From an uncultured Planctomycetota bacterium (lineage in GTDB: Bacteria; Planctomycetota; Planctomycetia; Isosphaerales; Isosphaeraceae): a DNA stretch of 64,000 nt. Of this stretch, positions 46,344 through 58,801 are shown piece by piece; position 1 is the stretch's first letter; each line of letters starts with the position of its first letter. The notes beneath the pieces were generated by a model that searched no databases, was not told where the DNA came from, and was given only the letters and a program-made list of their open reading frames with translations. The stretch lies in assembly GCA_963823665.1 (NCBI GenBank), contig CAWGMQ010000004.1, positions 1,792,001-1,856,000 of the forward strand, in the 5' to 3' direction. Made by a program: the position numbers and the translations under genes.

Positions 46344-47525
46344 TTACCGAGATGGGGCGTTTGTGCGCACGGATTCAGGTGCCTTCGCGGGCTCGCCGGA
46401 TTCAAGGTCGAGCGGCGTCCACGCGGGATCACCGCTGACCGGATTCGAACGCGCGATCTGGCCGCCGGGGAATTGCACTGAGTAGTCGGAGAAACGCAGG
46501 TCGGGTACGGCGTAATCGGTACTGATGAACTGCGCTCCGCTCGAGAACGCCTTCTCCCGTTGACTGACGTCATTCTTGCGCGATTGAACCGTATCAGCGT
46601 CGGCTCGCGTTCGGACCATAAAGCCCTCTTTCACCAGCTTCTTGATGCGATCGTGATCCTTGATCGGGTCGTTGATCTTGAACCAGGCAGCGGCGGCATT
46701 CTCCGGCGCAACCGTGGCAAACATCACCCGATCGCGGAGCGCGGGATGACCGTCGAGGTAGCCGTTTCGTACCGAGCCTTCGTTGTCCAGTGCGAACATG
46801 ACGAGCCCGCGCACGTCCTCGAGCTTGGGCCAGCCCTTGGACTTGATGGCCTCGGGCAAGCTGGCGAATGTTCCGCGGACCCTGTCGGGCGTCAAGATCT
46901 CGGCCATCTGGAAGACAGTCAGGATTTCGGCGTCCACCGAATCGATTTCTTCTTTCCCAAACGGAACGGGGCGCGCGGGCAAGCCGGGGAGAGCATCGCC
47001 CTTGAGCTCAACCAGGATCAAGATCGGCACGTGCCGACGATTGGCCTGCGACCATGCGCGAATCTGTTTCAGTGCGTTCACAAAGGTCGGGGCGGTCGTG
47101 CGGAAGTCGATGTCGGGCACGTGCAGGATCTTCAGGCCAGGCTGCCGGAGCGCACCGCGGGCGTCAGGGTCTTCACCCGGATCTTTTCCGAGTGTACGCA
47201 CCATCGCCCGGGCCACCGGCGAGGCGAAAAGACCCCCCTTGGGGTCGGCGTAGACGTCGAGCTCAACCTGCCTGATTCCCTGTTTCGAGAATTGCTCGCC
47301 CAGTGGCGGATGGGAGTAGTCCAGAGCCTGCGCTCGTTGAGGATTGCGTGCAACGAGCATATCCGTGATCGCAGGAGAGGGCGCGACGTGGTACGAGTTG
47401 TGCGAGCCAATCACTTGAATCTGGTTGAGTCTCGGCTCTTCGGCCCAGGCAAGAGCGCCGGCATGAAGCGAAGCAATCAGGCAACCCAACCCGCCGGACC
47501 ATTGATTCATTCCACGGAATCTCAT
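46344..47525 (-). CDS. Ca2+-dependent PI-PLC-like phosphodiesterase
   Basis: [35 protein letters not shown]; signal peptide. Confidence 0.8.
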   Translation of the reverse strand: MRFRGMNQWSGGLGCLIASLHAGALAWAEEPRLNQIQVIGSHNSYHVAPSPAITDMLVARNPQRAQALDYSHPPLGEQFSKQGIRQVELDVYADPKGGLFASPVARAMVRTLGKDPGEDPDARGALRQPGLKILHVPDIDFRTTAPTFVNALKQIRAWSQANRRHVPILILVELKGDALPGLPARPVPFGKEEIDSVDAEILTVFQMAEILTPDRVRGTFASLPEAIKSKGWPKLEDVRGLVMFALDNEGSVRNGYLDGHPALRDRVMFATVAPENAAAAWFKINDPIKDHDRIKKLVKEGFMVRTRADADTVQSRKNDVSQREKAFSSGAQFISTDYAVPDLRFSDYSVQFPGGQIARSNPVSGDPAWTPLDLESGEPAKAPESVRTNAPSR

Positions 47526-47781
47526 GCGAAGTGCTCCCCGAGTTCAAACGCTCATGGGCCAGCTATGCTCGATGACGCTGCCTGCGGAAAACCGGCTCGG
47601 CTGGAGCGTGCGTGGCGAGGCTGGCGCCGGTTGCCGACTTCCGCAAGGTTCGAGTGTCACCCCAAGCTTGACAGCCATGCGACCGCCGGTCCATATTGCG
47701 CTCGTAACGTGTCCAACGAGAGACATCGAGCGAACCTCGATTCATTCCATGCTGCGCGGCGACCAAGAGCCAGGACAACCC

Positions 47782-48174
47782 ATGACCGCCGTGCCCTCGG
47801 GATCGAAACCGGTCGACGACCCGAGGGTCTATCTGGCTGCCGAGCGCACGTTTCTCGCGTGGATTCGCACGTCGATCTCGCTCATGGGATTCGGGTTTCT
47901 GATCGCGAGGTTCGCCCTTTTTCTCCGTGCATATGGCCTTTCGAGCGGCGGGCCTGCCGCAACCAATCCAGGTCTCTCGAACACAGTCGGAGTCGGAATG
48001 GTCGGCGTGGGGGTTGCGGTCTGCGTACTCGCGGCTGTGCGTCACCGGGCATACATCGAGGCCCTCAAGAGGGGCGTCGGAAACCCTCCCCTGGATGTCG
48101 GAAAGTCGCTCGTGATCGCGGCTGTTCTAGCATTTGTTGGACTGGCCATCGCCATACACCTTGTCATGCTTTGA
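47782..48174 (+). CDS. YidH/DUF202 membrane protein
   Basis: [19 protein letters not shown]. Confidence 0.85.
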   Translation: MTAVPSGSKPVDDPRVYLAAERTFLAWIRTSISLMGFGFLIARFALFLRAYGLSSGGPAATNPGLSNTVGVGMVGVGVAVCVLAAVRHRAYIEALKRGVGNPPLDVGKSLVIAAVLAFVGLAIAIHLVML

Positions 48175-48187
48175 ATACGAGGCACCA

Positions 48188-49202
48188 ATGCAGCTCGGAA
48201 TGATCGGTCTGGGGCGGATGGGGTCGAACATGGTTCGGCGGCTCGAGCGAGCCGGGCAGGAATGCGTCGTTTACGACGTGCATACCGCGGCGACTAAACC
48301 GCTTGAAGGGGAGGGGGCCATACCCGCGACGACTCTGGACGAGCTGGTGAAGAAGCTCACCCCTCCGCGCGCCATCTGGCTGATGGTACCCGCAGCGAGT
48401 CGTCGATCAGACGATCGAGCAGCTCGTGGGCAAGCTCGAGAAGGGAGACATCCTGATCGACGGCGGCAATTCCTACTATCACGATGACATCCGCCGCGCG
48501 GCCGCACTCAAGCCAAAGGGAATTCACTACGTCGATGTGGGCACCAGCGGGGGCGTGTGGGGCCTCGAGCGTGGGTATTGCCTGATGATCGGCGGCGAGA
48601 CCGAGGTCGTGCAGCGGCTCGATCCTGTCTTCGCCGCACTGGCTCCCGGGCGTGGGAATCTGCCGCGCACGCCGGGCAGAGAAAAGGTCGGAGGCACTGC
48701 CGAGAACGGCTACCTTCACTGCGGGCCGAGCGGGGCAGGGCACTTCGTCAAGATGGTTCACAATGGGATCGAGTATGGCCTGATGGCCGCGTATGCGGAG
48801 GGGTTCAACATATTGCATCACGCCTCGGTCGGCAAGAAGTCTCAGGAAGTGGACGCTGAGACGACTCCGCTGCGAAACCCCGAGCTTTATCAATATGACT
48901 TGAATCTCGCCGACGTTGCCGAAGTCTGGCGACGCGGCAGCGTGATCGCGTCGTGGCTGCTCGATCTGGGCGCGCAGGCCTTGCTCAAGAGCCCGCAGCT
49001 TGGCGAGTTCTCGGGCCGCGTTTCCGATTCGGGAGAGGGCCGCTGGACAATCGATGCGGCCATCGACGAGGGCGTGCCTGCTCCCGTCTTGAGCGCGGCC
49101 CTGTTCGCGCGGTTCAGCTCGCGCGGCAACGATGACTTCGCCGATAAGGTCCTCTCAGCGATGCGTTTCGCCTTCGGCGGCCACATCGAGAAAAAGTCAT
49201 AA
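48188..49202 (+). CDS. gnd: short-type decarboxylating 6-phosphogluconate dehydrogenase, frameshift near 48398
   Basis: [55 protein letters not shown]. Confidence 0.92.
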
Positions 49203-49219
49203 AATCCGGAGTGATCTCC

Positions 49220-50596
49220 ATGTCCAGGACCGCGATCCCGTCAGACGCCCTGGTCTTCTTCGGCGCTACCGGAGACCTGGCCTACAAGAAAATCTTCCCC
49301 GCCATTCAAAACCTCATCCAGCATGGCCACCTGGACGTGCCGATCGTCGGTGTTGCCAAGTCAGGTTGGGGGCTGGAAGACCTGGTCACCCGGGCGCGCG
49401 ACAGCCTGGAGAATCATGGCGGGATCGACGAGGCCGCATTCGCCACGCTTGTGGAGCGGCTTCGATACGTCGACGGCGATTACAACGACCCCGCGACCTT
49501 CGAGCAACTCAAAGAGGCGCTGGGCAGCGCCAGGCGGCCGCTGCACTACATGGCGATTCCGCCCAGTCTCTTCGGCCCGGTTGCGGAACATCTTGCCCAA
49601 TCCGGTTGCGTTGAGGACGCGCGGGTTGTGATCGAGAAGCCGTTCGGCCGCGACCTGACTTCGGCCCGCAAGCTGAACGACATCCTTCACGAAACCTTTG
49701 AAGAATCACGGATCTTTCGCATTGACCACTATGTCGGCAAGGAGCCGGTGCTGAACATCCTGAGCTTCCGGTTCGCCAACCTGTTCCTCGAGCCCATCTG
49801 GAATCGTAATTGCATCGACTGCATCCAGATCACGATGGCCGAGAACTTTGACGTGCAGGGCCGCGGCTCCTTCTACGAAGAGGCCGGGGCCATTCGTGAC
49901 GTCGTCCAGAACCACATGCTTCAGGTGGTCTCGATCCTGATGATGGAGCCGCCCGGAAGCAATGCACCTGATGGCATCCGCGACGAAAAAGTCAAGGTGC
50001 TCAGGGCCATTCGTCCGCTCGGGCCGGGCAGCCTGGTCCGCGGACAGTACCGCGGCTATCGCCAGGAAAAGGGAGTGGCCGATGAAAGCCAGGTCGAGAC
50101 ATTCGCGGCGGTGCGGCTCGAAGTGGATTCCTGGCGCTGGTCCAAGGTGCCGGTGCTCATCCGCGCCGGCAAGTCCCTCGCCAAAACCGCCACCGAGGTG
50201 ATGGTGAGCTTCCACTCTCCACCCCAGGAGACCGTGGCCCGGATGTCGATGGACCATTCTCACAATTATATTCGGATTCGATTCAACCCCGAAGAAATCA
50301 TTGCAATCGGCGCGGCAGTACGGAAAGAGGGTGAGACCGAGGAATTGATGCCGGTGGAAATGACGGCGAGCCGCAAGGCGGCCGACGAGGTGCCCCCCTA
50401 CGCCAGGCTGCTCCAATCGGCGATGTCCGGCGATTCGAGCCTCTTCGCTCGGGCAGACCTGATCGAAGCGCAGTGGGAAATCGTCGAGCCGGTGCTCGGG
50501 AATGTCACACCGCTCTTCTTCTACGAGCCGGGAAGCTGGGGTCCTCGCGAAGCCGACCGGCTGCTGCCTAGCGGCGAAGAGTGGCATAACCCTTGA
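49220..50596 (+). CDS. zwf: glucose-6-phosphate dehydrogenase
   Basis: FFGATGDLA, EKPFG, RIDHYVGKE, RDVVQNH. Confidence 0.93.
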   Translation: MSRTAIPSDALVFFGATGDLAYKKIFPAIQNLIQHGHLDVPIVGVAKSGWGLEDLVTRARDSLENHGGIDEAAFATLVERLRYVDGDYNDPATFEQLKEALGSARRPLHYMAIPPSLFGPVAEHLAQSGCVEDARVVIEKPFGRDLTSARKLNDILHETFEESRIFRIDHYVGKEPVLNILSFRFANLFLEPIWNRNCIDCIQITMAENFDVQGRGSFYEEAGAIRDVVQNHMLQVVSILMMEPPGSNAPDGIRDEKVKVLRAIRPLGPGSLVRGQYRGYRQEKGVADESQVETFAAVRLEVDSWRWSKVPVLIRAGKSLAKTATEVMVSFHSPPQETVARMSMDHSHNYIRIRFNPEEIIAIGAAVRKEGETEELMPVEMTASRKAADEVPPYARLLQSAMSGDSSLFARADLIEAQWEIVEPVLGNVTPLFFYEPGSWGPREADRLLPSGEEWHNP

Positions 50597-50619
50597 ACCC
50601 CTCCAGCAAGAATGCCGGC

Positions 50620-51942
50620 ATGGGCGATACAAAACGATCACCGCACGTGGTGATCGTCGGTTCGGGGTTCGGCGGCATGGCAGCGGCGCATGGGCTGCGG
50701 CGAGCATCCGTGCGGGTGACGATCGTTGATCGTTCGAATCATCACCTCTTTCAACCGCTTCTGTACCAGGTGGCGACCGCTGCGCTCAGCCCGGCCGACA
50801 TTGCGGCGCCCATCCGCCGCGTTTTTCGCCATCAGTCGAACGTGAGCGTGCTGCTCGCCGATGCGACCGCTGTGGACCTCGGGCAAGAAAGGCTGATCCT
50901 GGCCGACGGCGTGCTGGATTACGATATTCTCATCCTGGCGACAGGCGTCACGCACGGTTACTTTGGCCATGACGAATGGGCGAAGTTTGCTCCGGGCTTG
51001 AAGACCCTCAAAGATGCGCTCACGATCCGGCAGCGGGTGCTGATGGCGTTTGAAATTGCCGAGCGCGAGCCCGACGACGAACGGCGCCGGGCGTGGCTGA
51101 CATTTGTGATCGTGGGTGCCGGCCCGACCGGGGTCGAGCTGGCAGGCACGCTCGCGGAGGTGTCGCGGCAGACGCTCGCGCGGGATTTTCGGCAGATCAA
51201 CACGGCCTCGGCGCGCGTGATCCTGGTCGAAGCCGCCCCACGGGTTCTCGGCGGCTACACGGAAGAGCTTTCGGAATCGGCCCGGTTGCAGCTTGAGAAG
51301 CTGGGGGTTGCAGTCTGGACTGGGATGAATGTCACGGGCATCGACGAGGAAGGCGTCACCATTGCTCGGGATCGGATTCATGCGAAGACAGTCCTGTGGG
51401 CTGCCGGAGTGGCAGCCTCGCCGCTGGCCGGCACGCTTGGTGTGCCACTCGACCGGGCGGGCCGCGTTCTCGTGCAGCCCGATCTGACGATCCCGGGGCA
51501 TGACAACGTCTATGCGATCGGTGACCTGGCTCACATCGAGCTTGACGGAGTGGTGGTGCCGGGCGTCGCGCCAGCGGCCATGCAGACCGGCTGGCACGCC
51601 GCCGAGAATGTCGCTCGCACGTTGCGCGGGCAATCGCGATTGCCCTTTCGCTATCGTGACAAGGGAATGCTGGCGACCATCGGGCGGGGATCTGCTGTCG
51701 CCAGGGTCGGCTCGATCAAGGCGACTGGGTTCCTTGCCTGGCTGCTCTGGCTGTTCGTGCACATCTTCTTCCTAATCGGTTTTCGCAACCGGCTGATCGT
51801 CATGATTCACTGGGCGTGGTCGTACTTCACGTTTGACCGAGGCGCGCGGCTGATCACCGAGCCCCTGCGGGAGCCGCTGCTGCGATCAACCTCGCACAGC
51901 ACGGAGAGTCACAGAGAGTCGAAATCGGGCGCTGCGAAATGA
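50620..51942 (+). CDS. ndh: type II NADH dehydrogenase
   Basis: GSGFGG, HLFQPLLYQVAT, GAGPTGVELAG, DKGMLATIGR. Confidence 0.9.
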   Translation: MGDTKRSPHVVIVGSGFGGMAAAHGLRRASVRVTIVDRSNHHLFQPLLYQVATAALSPADIAAPIRRVFRHQSNVSVLLADATAVDLGQERLILADGVLDYDILILATGVTHGYFGHDEWAKFAPGLKTLKDALTIRQRVLMAFEIAEREPDDERRRAWLTFVIVGAGPTGVELAGTLAEVSRQTLARDFRQINTASARVILVEAAPRVLGGYTEELSESARLQLEKLGVAVWTGMNVTGIDEEGVTIARDRIHAKTVLWAAGVAASPLAGTLGVPLDRAGRVLVQPDLTIPGHDNVYAIGDLAHIELDGVVVPGVAPAAMQTGWHAAENVARTLRGQSRLPFRYRDKGMLATIGRGSAVARVGSIKATGFLAWLLWLFVHIFFLIGFRNRLIVMIHWAWSYFTFDRGARLITEPLREPLLRSTSHSTESHRESKSGAAK

Positions 51943-52154
51943 GTACACTCGAGCATCCGCTGGTCTGTCGCCTTGGTGTTCGCGGACGCCCAGTGTCGGC
52001 CTTCGCTCCGCGACGGGACCTCCCAATCTCTGTCGCCTTGGTGTTCGTCGCGCCGGGGTGTAGACTGAAACCCGAGACCGAATGTCCTTTGGCCTTTTCG
52101 TGACCGCGAGCTCACCGCGGCTTGATCTTGCATCGTGCCGGAAGCGAGGGAGGA

Positions 52155-52586
52155 ATGGAAATCTTGGGAATCGGCACCGATATCATCGAATGCCCGCGCA
52201 TCGGCAAAATGATCGAGCATCACGGTGAGCTATTCTTGCGCCGGGTTTATACCGAACGCGAGATCCGTTATTGCCAGGCGAGGAAGCACGCCATCGAGCA
52301 CTTCGCCGGACGCTGGGCCGCCAAGGAGGCCATCCTGAAAGCGATGGGTACGGGCCGAAGCCATGGCATCTCGTGGACGAACGTCGAAATCCGCAACGGG
52401 CAGGATGGCCGTCCCCAGGTGCTGGTCTGCGGCGCCGCGCGGGAGACTGCCATCGCGCGCGGCATCGGCGATATCCTCATTTCGATTTCGCATTGCCGCA
52501 CCTATGCCACTGCATACGCCCTGGCACTGGGCCGGCCCGCGTGCCCGCCGAAGCCCTCGAGCGCAACGCTGCCGACGACGTCGTGA
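52155..52586 (+). CDS. acpS: holo-ACP synthase
   Basis: GIGTDI, AGRWAAKEA, SISH. Confidence 0.92.
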   Translation: MEILGIGTDIIECPRIGKMIEHHGELFLRRVYTEREIRYCQARKHAIEHFAGRWAAKEAILKAMGTGRSHGISWTNVEIRNGQDGRPQVLVCGAARETAIARGIGDILISISHCRTYATAYALALGRPACPPKPSSATLPTTS

Positions 52587-52618
52587 AAACGACGCAGAGC
52601 TGTTCTCAAACGTGTGGT

Positions 52619-55244
52619 TCACACCTTGATCAACTCATTAATCTTCGCGAGCGTCGCCTCGCCCGGCTGCTTGGTTCCCTTGCACTGTGGATATTGGGCA
52701 CACCCGAGGAAAAACCCGCGGCGGCTCCGTCGAACCAGCATGGGGCCTCCGCAGTCTTCGCACGTTTCCTCCACGGGTACCGATTTCAAGTCGTTGGCAG
52801 GTGATGCTTTGGCCGGGCTTGGCTGTGCGGCTATCTGGTCCTTCAGGTCGTCGGGCACCGGTGAAGTCCCGCGGCATTTGGGATACTTGAGACAACCGAG
52901 GAATGGACCACGGCGACCGGTCCGCACGGCCATTGTCCCACCGCACTTGGGACAGGCCACTTCGACCTTCACGGGTGGAACCGGACGCCCCTGGTCGTCG
53001 ACCGGCAGCACATTCCGGCACTTGGGGTAGCCTGTGCACCCGATGAAGGCACCGCGGCGCCCTTGCCGCATGACCATGGGCTTGCCGCATTTCTCGCAGA
53101 CGTGTTCTGTCTCGACCACAGCGCGGCACGGGCTTGCCGTCGGGATCGATGTTGAACGACTCCTTGCACTCCGGAAATCCCGAGCACGAATAGAACTTTT
53201 CACCGCGCTTGTTCTCGCGGATCATCAAGGGCTTGGAGCACTTGGGGCAGGTGTGCTCGCTGGCAATCGCTTCCGCGCGGGGCTGGCCCCCCAGCGGCCG
53301 GGTTGCCTTGCACTCGGGATACTTGGAGCAGCCCAGGAACTGGCCGGTCTTGCCGAACTTGAGCACCATGGGAGCACTGCAAACATGACATGTCTCGCTC
53401 GTGGGAATCTGCACACGCTCCATGTGCGATTCCGCCGCCCGCAATTCCTCCTGGAATGGATAGTAGAATTCGTCAAGCACCTTCACCATGTCGGCCTTGG
53501 CCGTGGCAATCTCGTCGAGTTTGCCCTCCATGTGGGCGGTGAACTTCAAGTCGAGGATCTTCGGAAATTGTTCGACAAGCAGGTCGTTGACGGTCATTCC
53601 CAGAAGCGTGGCGTGAAACCGCCGCTCTTTTTGCTCAACGTAGCCGCGATCCTGAATCGTCTGGATGATCGGCGCGTAGGTGCTCGGGCGCCCGATTGCC
53701 TCCTTTTCCAGCGCCTTGATCAGGGTCGCCTCGCTGTACCGCGGGGGAGGCTGGGTGAAGTGCTGTGTGGCGTCAAGCTGGTGAAGGTCCAGTGTCTGCC
53801 CGACGGCGAGCGCCGGCAGCAGCTCGTCATCGTGTTTTCCATGTTGTGGCCAGATCCGGCGATGGCCGTCGAATTTCTGCACTTTCCCCTGCGCCTTGAA
53901 CAAGCCGGCCCCGGCTTTGATTCCGACGTCGGTGACCATGTAGACGGCAGGCGCCATCTGGCTTGCCACGAAACGGTTGTAGATGAGCTGATAGAGTCGA
54001 AACTGATCGTGCGTCAAATGCTGCTTGATCTTCTCCGGCGTGTGGTGCAGCTCGGTGGGGCGGATCGCTTCGTGCGCTTCCTGCGCCAGCTTACCGGCAG
54101 CGTAGCGAATCGGTTTCGCAGGCAGGTACTTTTCGCCGAAGTCGGCCTTGATCTGATCGCGGACGGCACTCACGGCCTCCTCCGAGACGCGAAGGCTGTC
54201 GGTACGCATATAGGTGATCAAGCCGACCGGCCCCGATCCGTCCACGTCGATGCCTTCGTACAGCTCCTGGGCGACCCGCATCGTTTTCTTGCCGGGGAAG
54301 CGCAGCCTGATCACGCCCTGCTGCTGGAGGCTGCTGGTCTTGAACGGAGGCTCGGCCCGATCAAGCTTCTCGGTCGCGTCGACCTTCGAGACACGATAGG
54401 ACGCCGCCTGCAAGGCGTCGCGAATTGCATGAGCATCGGCTTCGGTTTTCGCGTCGAACTTGGCGCCGTTAAATTCGGCGAGGGCCGCTTTGAAACGCTC
54501 GCCGGCCTCGCTCGATCCCTGCGGGCTCACAATGGCGGCGATTTTCCAGTATTCCTCTGTGACGAAATTGTTGATGTCACGCTCACGGTCGGCAATGAGC
54601 CGCACCGCGACCGATTGCACACGCCCGGCACTCAAGTTCCTCGCCCCGATTTTTTTCCAGAGCAGCGGGCTCAACTGGTAGCCCACCACGCGGTCGAGAA
54701 ACCGCCGCGCCTGCTGGGCGTTGACCATGTCCATGTTGATCGGGCCGGACTTGGAAAATGCTTCCTTGACAGCCCGGTCGGTGATTTCGTGGAAGGAAAC
54801 CCGCCGGATGCGGTCTTCATCCAGGCCGAGGGCTTGCTGCAAATGCCAGGCGATTGCTTCGCCTTCCCGGTCGGGGTCGGTCGCCAGATACACCAGCCCG
54901 GAGCGGGCCGCGGTGCGCTTCAGATCGCCGATCGTCTCCTTCTTCGCCGGCACGACCTCGTAAGAAGGCTTGTACCCTTGAGCGACCTCAATGCCCAGCT
55001 TCCGCTTCGGCAGATCGCGCACATGCCCCATGCTCGCCTTGACGACGAACGACGCGCCGAGGAACTTGCCGATCGATCTCGCCTTCTTGGGGCTCTCGAC
55101 AATCACGAGGCCGGGCAGATCACCGTTCCCCTCCGCGCCGGTCATCTGGTCCGATTTCTTGCGAGAGGGGGTGCGCCGGCTCGAGCCTCTCGCCGGTGGA
55201 GGAGGCCCGCTTGCGGACCGATTCCTTGGGCGCCGCACTGCCAT
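52619..55244 (-). CDS. topA: DNA topoisomerase I with five C-terminal C4 zinc ribbons, frameshift near 53125
   Basis: LVIVESP, ATDPDREGE, SAGRVQS, ITYMRTDS, AQEAHEAIRPT, IGRPSTY; five CxxC..GCxxYPxC-type repeats. Confidence 0.95.
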
Positions 55245-55549
55245 CCGTACTGGGCTTTTGAGGGGTCTTTCGAGCCACGGTGTTTCCTGCCTATCCTGAT
55301 TCCAGATCGCTGCTTCGGTCGAAAAGCCACCGCACGGAGCAGTGGGGTTGACCGATTGATTGAGATTGTTCCGGCGTCAATTCCTGCTACGATAGTACAT
55401 ACGCTGTGAAGGCTCCGGCTCCGAAACCACTCCCCTAAGCGACATAAGCTAGGGTATTGGTGCCTGTCAAGGGCGCCTCTCTGAAACCGTGTACGAAAGG
55501 CCATACATTTCCAGTCAGACCGAGATTAATTTGAAACCCGAGGAAGTCG

Positions 55550-57448
55550 ATGTCTCTTGAGGTCTTTCGCCGTCATCAGAAGAAGCTCCTGGCCGTCTTC
55601 GCCATCCTCGCGATGTTCGGCTTCGTCGTCTCGGACAGCTTGCCCAAGCTGCTTAGCTCGAATTCGGCAATGCGCGATCAGCCCGTTGTCACTCTTTACG
55701 GCAAGACAATCTATCGCAGCGCACTCAATGAGATGCACGATAGACGGAATAATGCGAACATTTTTATGGCCGAGATCAATCCGTTTTCACCTGACGGCCG
55801 GAACCAGTTCGGGGGGGTGAAGGATCGTGATCTCGTTGACGCATTGATCCTCGAGCACGAAGCAGACAGTCTCGGGCTTCCGACCGGGCCCGATGTCGGT
55901 CGTGACTTTCTGAAGAAGATCACCCGGAACCAGATGACCAGCGAAATCTTCGACTCATATGTCGAGCGGATGAACAACCGGGTGAACGGCGAGCAGATCT
56001 TGACGCTCATCGGCGACCAGGTTCGCTTGCTGAAGGTTCGATTTTTGCCGGGCACGGCGCTCGTCACACCGTACGATATCTTCCGCACCTACCGCGATCA
56101 GAACGAGCGGGTCTCGGCCAAGGCCGTCGAGATCCCCGTCGAGAAATTCCTGGCCAAGGTGCCAGAGCCGTCTCCGGCCGAAATCGAGGCGCTGTACGAA
56201 AAATACAAGGACGTCCTGCCTGACGCGACCCGTGAGACTCCGGGTTTCAAGGTCCCCCGGCAAATCCAGGTCGAGATTCTGTCCATCGACGGAAACTCAC
56301 TGGCGCGAGGGATCATGGATACGCTCTCGGAGCAAGACTTGCGGACAGCCTACGAAAACCGCAAGAAGGAATTCCCGGCACGGTCCGAGCTGCCCGTCGA
56401 TCTCTTCGCCGGCCAGCCCGACCTGACTCCGCCGATCCTCAGAACATTTGACGACGTCCGCCCCGAACTCGCTGTGAAGCTGGCCGAGGACCGGGCGGCC
56501 GCGCAGATTTCGGATTCCTTCGCGAAGATCAAGACCGAAGTCCTCGAACCGTTCTACGACCAGTACGGCACGGCGCTCGACGACCTCGAGGAAGCCAGAA
56601 AGAAAGACCCGAAGGCAACCAGAGTCTTGCCAGAAGCGACTGACCTCAAAGAGGTCGCCGAGCGTGAACATCTCAACTACGAGGTCACCAGGTTGCTCTC
56701 ACTAGAGGAAGCCGACCAGTACGGCACGATTTCCAGCGCCCAGGTTGGAACGGTTCCGCTCTCCGGCGGCCACAAGTTCGCCGCCGAGTTCTTCGACACG
56801 AGGAAAGCACTCTACGAACCCGAAGAGCTTGTTGACCTGGGGCGAACCCGATACCTCGCCCGAAAAATCAAGGATGTCGCGCCACACGTTCCGCCTCTCG
56901 ACGAAGTGCGCTCCGATGTGGTTCTCGCGTACAAGACGATGCAAGCACGTGTCATGGCCGAGAAAGCCGCCGCCGAGCTCGCTGCAAAACTCGAGAAGCA
57001 GGGAGGTTCTATCAAGGAATCCATTGTTGATGGATATCGTGTTCTTTCCCTTCCTCCCATTTCGCGAAAACAACCCCAGAGCCGAATTGCCAATCCCTTC
57101 GAGGAGCCCCCGCCCCCGGAAGATACCGTCATCCCGGACGTTGCCCATGCCGGCGACGCGTTTCGAGACGCGTACTTCGCGTTGCGGCCCGGCTCCATCG
57201 CCACGACCGCTAACCAGCCCCGCACCGTCTTCTATGTGCTGGCGCTCGACAAGCGTGAGCCGGCGACCTTCGCAGCGCTTTATGCCCCATACAGTGACTC
57301 CGGAAGCTATGAAAGAACGGCCAGAAAACGTGCCATCGAGGAGCTCGGCGACGATTGGATGAAATGGCTGCGACAAAAGGCAGGGCTATCGAGCGACTGG
57401 ATCCCGCCGGACGAGGTCAAAGGCCGCTCCGGGTCCGACGAAGCGTAG
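55550..57448 (+). CDS. membrane-anchored PpiD/SurA-like periplasmic chaperone-like protein
   Basis: N-terminal FRRHQKKLL + TM anchor; PSPAEIEALYEKYK, PPLDEVRSDV motifs. Confidence 0.55.
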   Translation: MSLEVFRRHQKKLLAVFAILAMFGFVVSDSLPKLLSSNSAMRDQPVVTLYGKTIYRSALNEMHDRRNNANIFMAEINPFSPDGRNQFGGVKDRDLVDALILEHEADSLGLPTGPDVGRDFLKKITRNQMTSEIFDSYVERMNNRVNGEQILTLIGDQVRLLKVRFLPGTALVTPYDIFRTYRDQNERVSAKAVEIPVEKFLAKVPEPSPAEIEALYEKYKDVLPDATRETPGFKVPRQIQVEILSIDGNSLARGIMDTLSEQDLRTAYENRKKEFPARSELPVDLFAGQPDLTPPILRTFDDVRPELAVKLAEDRAAAQISDSFAKIKTEVLEPFYDQYGTALDDLEEARKKDPKATRVLPEATDLKEVAEREHLNYEVTRLLSLEEADQYGTISSAQVGTVPLSGGHKFAAEFFDTRKALYEPEELVDLGRTRYLARKIKDVAPHVPPLDEVRSDVVLAYKTMQARVMAEKAAAELAAKLEKQGGSIKESIVDGYRVLSLPPISRKQPQSRIANPFEEPPPPEDTVIPDVAHAGDAFRDAYFALRPGSIATTANQPRTVFYVLALDKREPATFAALYAPYSDSGSYERTARKRAIEELGDDWMKWLRQKAGLSSDWIPPDEVKGRSGSDEA

Positions 57449-57488
57449 CTTCTCCGCTGCGCTTTAGCGACCCTCTGTCGTCCCGTTG

Positions 57489-58100
57489 CTAATGCATCGA
57501 CTTTCCCAGGAAAATCAGGCAGATCCACGCGAGTGGCCAGGTCAGAAGTAGCGCGATTGCAGCGCTGTGCGTCCAGCCGCGCACGATCCCTGCGCCCCGC
57601 GGGGTCGCCGGCCCGAGCATTCGCAAGCCGATCGCCACCACAAGGGGCGCCAGTCCGAATCGCACCACATCACCGAGCTTGAACTCGTGCAGCCGCTGCG
57701 GAATGACAAAAATGCCGAGCACGATCCAGTACGCTCCGATCAACAGCCACGCACGCTCGGCCCAGGTGGTTCGCGCGTCTCTCGCTGACACATCTCGCCC
57801 GCCGCTCCCGCCGCTTGGCGACAGCAGCCGCCGCGACGAATCCAGGGTGCTTTCCGAATCCAGATCCAAAGGCGCCGGCGCCCGCCGGGAGAGCCGGCGC
57901 CGCAGCATGATGATCGGCCCACTCATCGCCAGGCCCAGCCAGAGATAAAGCACGGCGCTGGGAAACCCCAGCGCCGACCAAGGCGGGCTGGCGGGCCAGA
58001 ACGCACGGAAAAGCACCGCGGCCATTCCGTACCCAACAACGAGCGCCAAGATGTCTTGAAGCTCGACCTGAACCCGGGCCCCTTCAGACGGTGCAAGCAT
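57489..58100 (-). CDS. membrane protein
   Basis: About five TM segments. Confidence 0.65.
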   Translation of the reverse strand: MLAPSEGARVQVELQDILALVVGYGMAAVLFRAFWPASPPWSALGFPSAVLYLWLGLAMSGPIIMLRRRLSRRAPAPLDLDSESTLDSSRRLLSPSGGSGGRDVSARDARTTWAERAWLLIGAYWIVLGIFVIPQRLHEFKLGDVVRFGLAPLVVAIGLRMLGPATPRGAGIVRGWTHSAAIALLLTWPLAWICLIFLGKSMH

Positions 58101-58108
58101 TGGCTCAC

Positions 58109-58699
58109 TCAGCTCAAGACTACCATTCCGAGTCCCCACTGAATCGGCCACGCAATCGACAAAATCAGGCCAACGCGGTTGGTCCACGGAGCCGCGTCAA
58201 CGGCCGCGGCTTTGTCAGGAGGAACCATCACCCAGGTGCCCCAAACAACAATGAGTGCAATGAGACATACTACCCCCAGACCCACAACCAACGTAGTTGA
58301 GAACAGAGGATTGTGCCGTGGTTCTGTGCCCGGTGTAGCCGACTGGAGAACTGCGGTCACACACCACGGAAGGCCGAGCAAGCCCCAGAGCCGGTCACCG
58401 ATCTTCGGATAATTCGGCAGGCGTCTGACGAATCTACGGCCCAGGTAAAAGAATGGACCAGCAGCAGTCGTCGCGACACAGCAGAACGTGAGAGCAATCA
58501 TGATCCATCCAGGCCCAGACAGATCGACACGCCGAATCCCGAGCACGTGGACGGATGCGATCGCTGCCCCCACAACTAGCGCAGCCCCGTCCAGAACACT
58601 GAATCCGCCGCCGTGGTCAATTCGCTCCATCTCGCCCAAGCCTCTTGGTTTCCTTCTACGAAGGATTTCACGACCCGGAGCTGTTGTATCGATTGCCAT
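58109..58699 (-). CDS. membrane protein (similar architecture to its neighbour)
   Basis: About five TM segments; GP...RR and WT...WP motifs shared with 57489-58100. Confidence 0.65.
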   Translation of the reverse strand: MAIDTTAPGREILRRRKPRGLGEMERIDHGGGFSVLDGAALVVGAAIASVHVLGIRRVDLSGPGWIMIALTFCCVATTAAGPFFYLGRRFVRRLPNYPKIGDRLWGLLGLPWCVTAVLQSATPGTEPRHNPLFSTTLVVGLGVVCLIALIVVWGTWVMVPPDKAAAVDAAPWTNRVGLILSIAWPIQWGLGMVVLS

Positions 58700-58801
58700 C
58701 GAGCTGTTTGCGCGGTCGACATTCGCGCATATTTGCCGCACACGCGGCAGACGGCGTATAATTAACTTTCATCCTACCTTATTTCCCTCTCGGTGATCGA
58801 C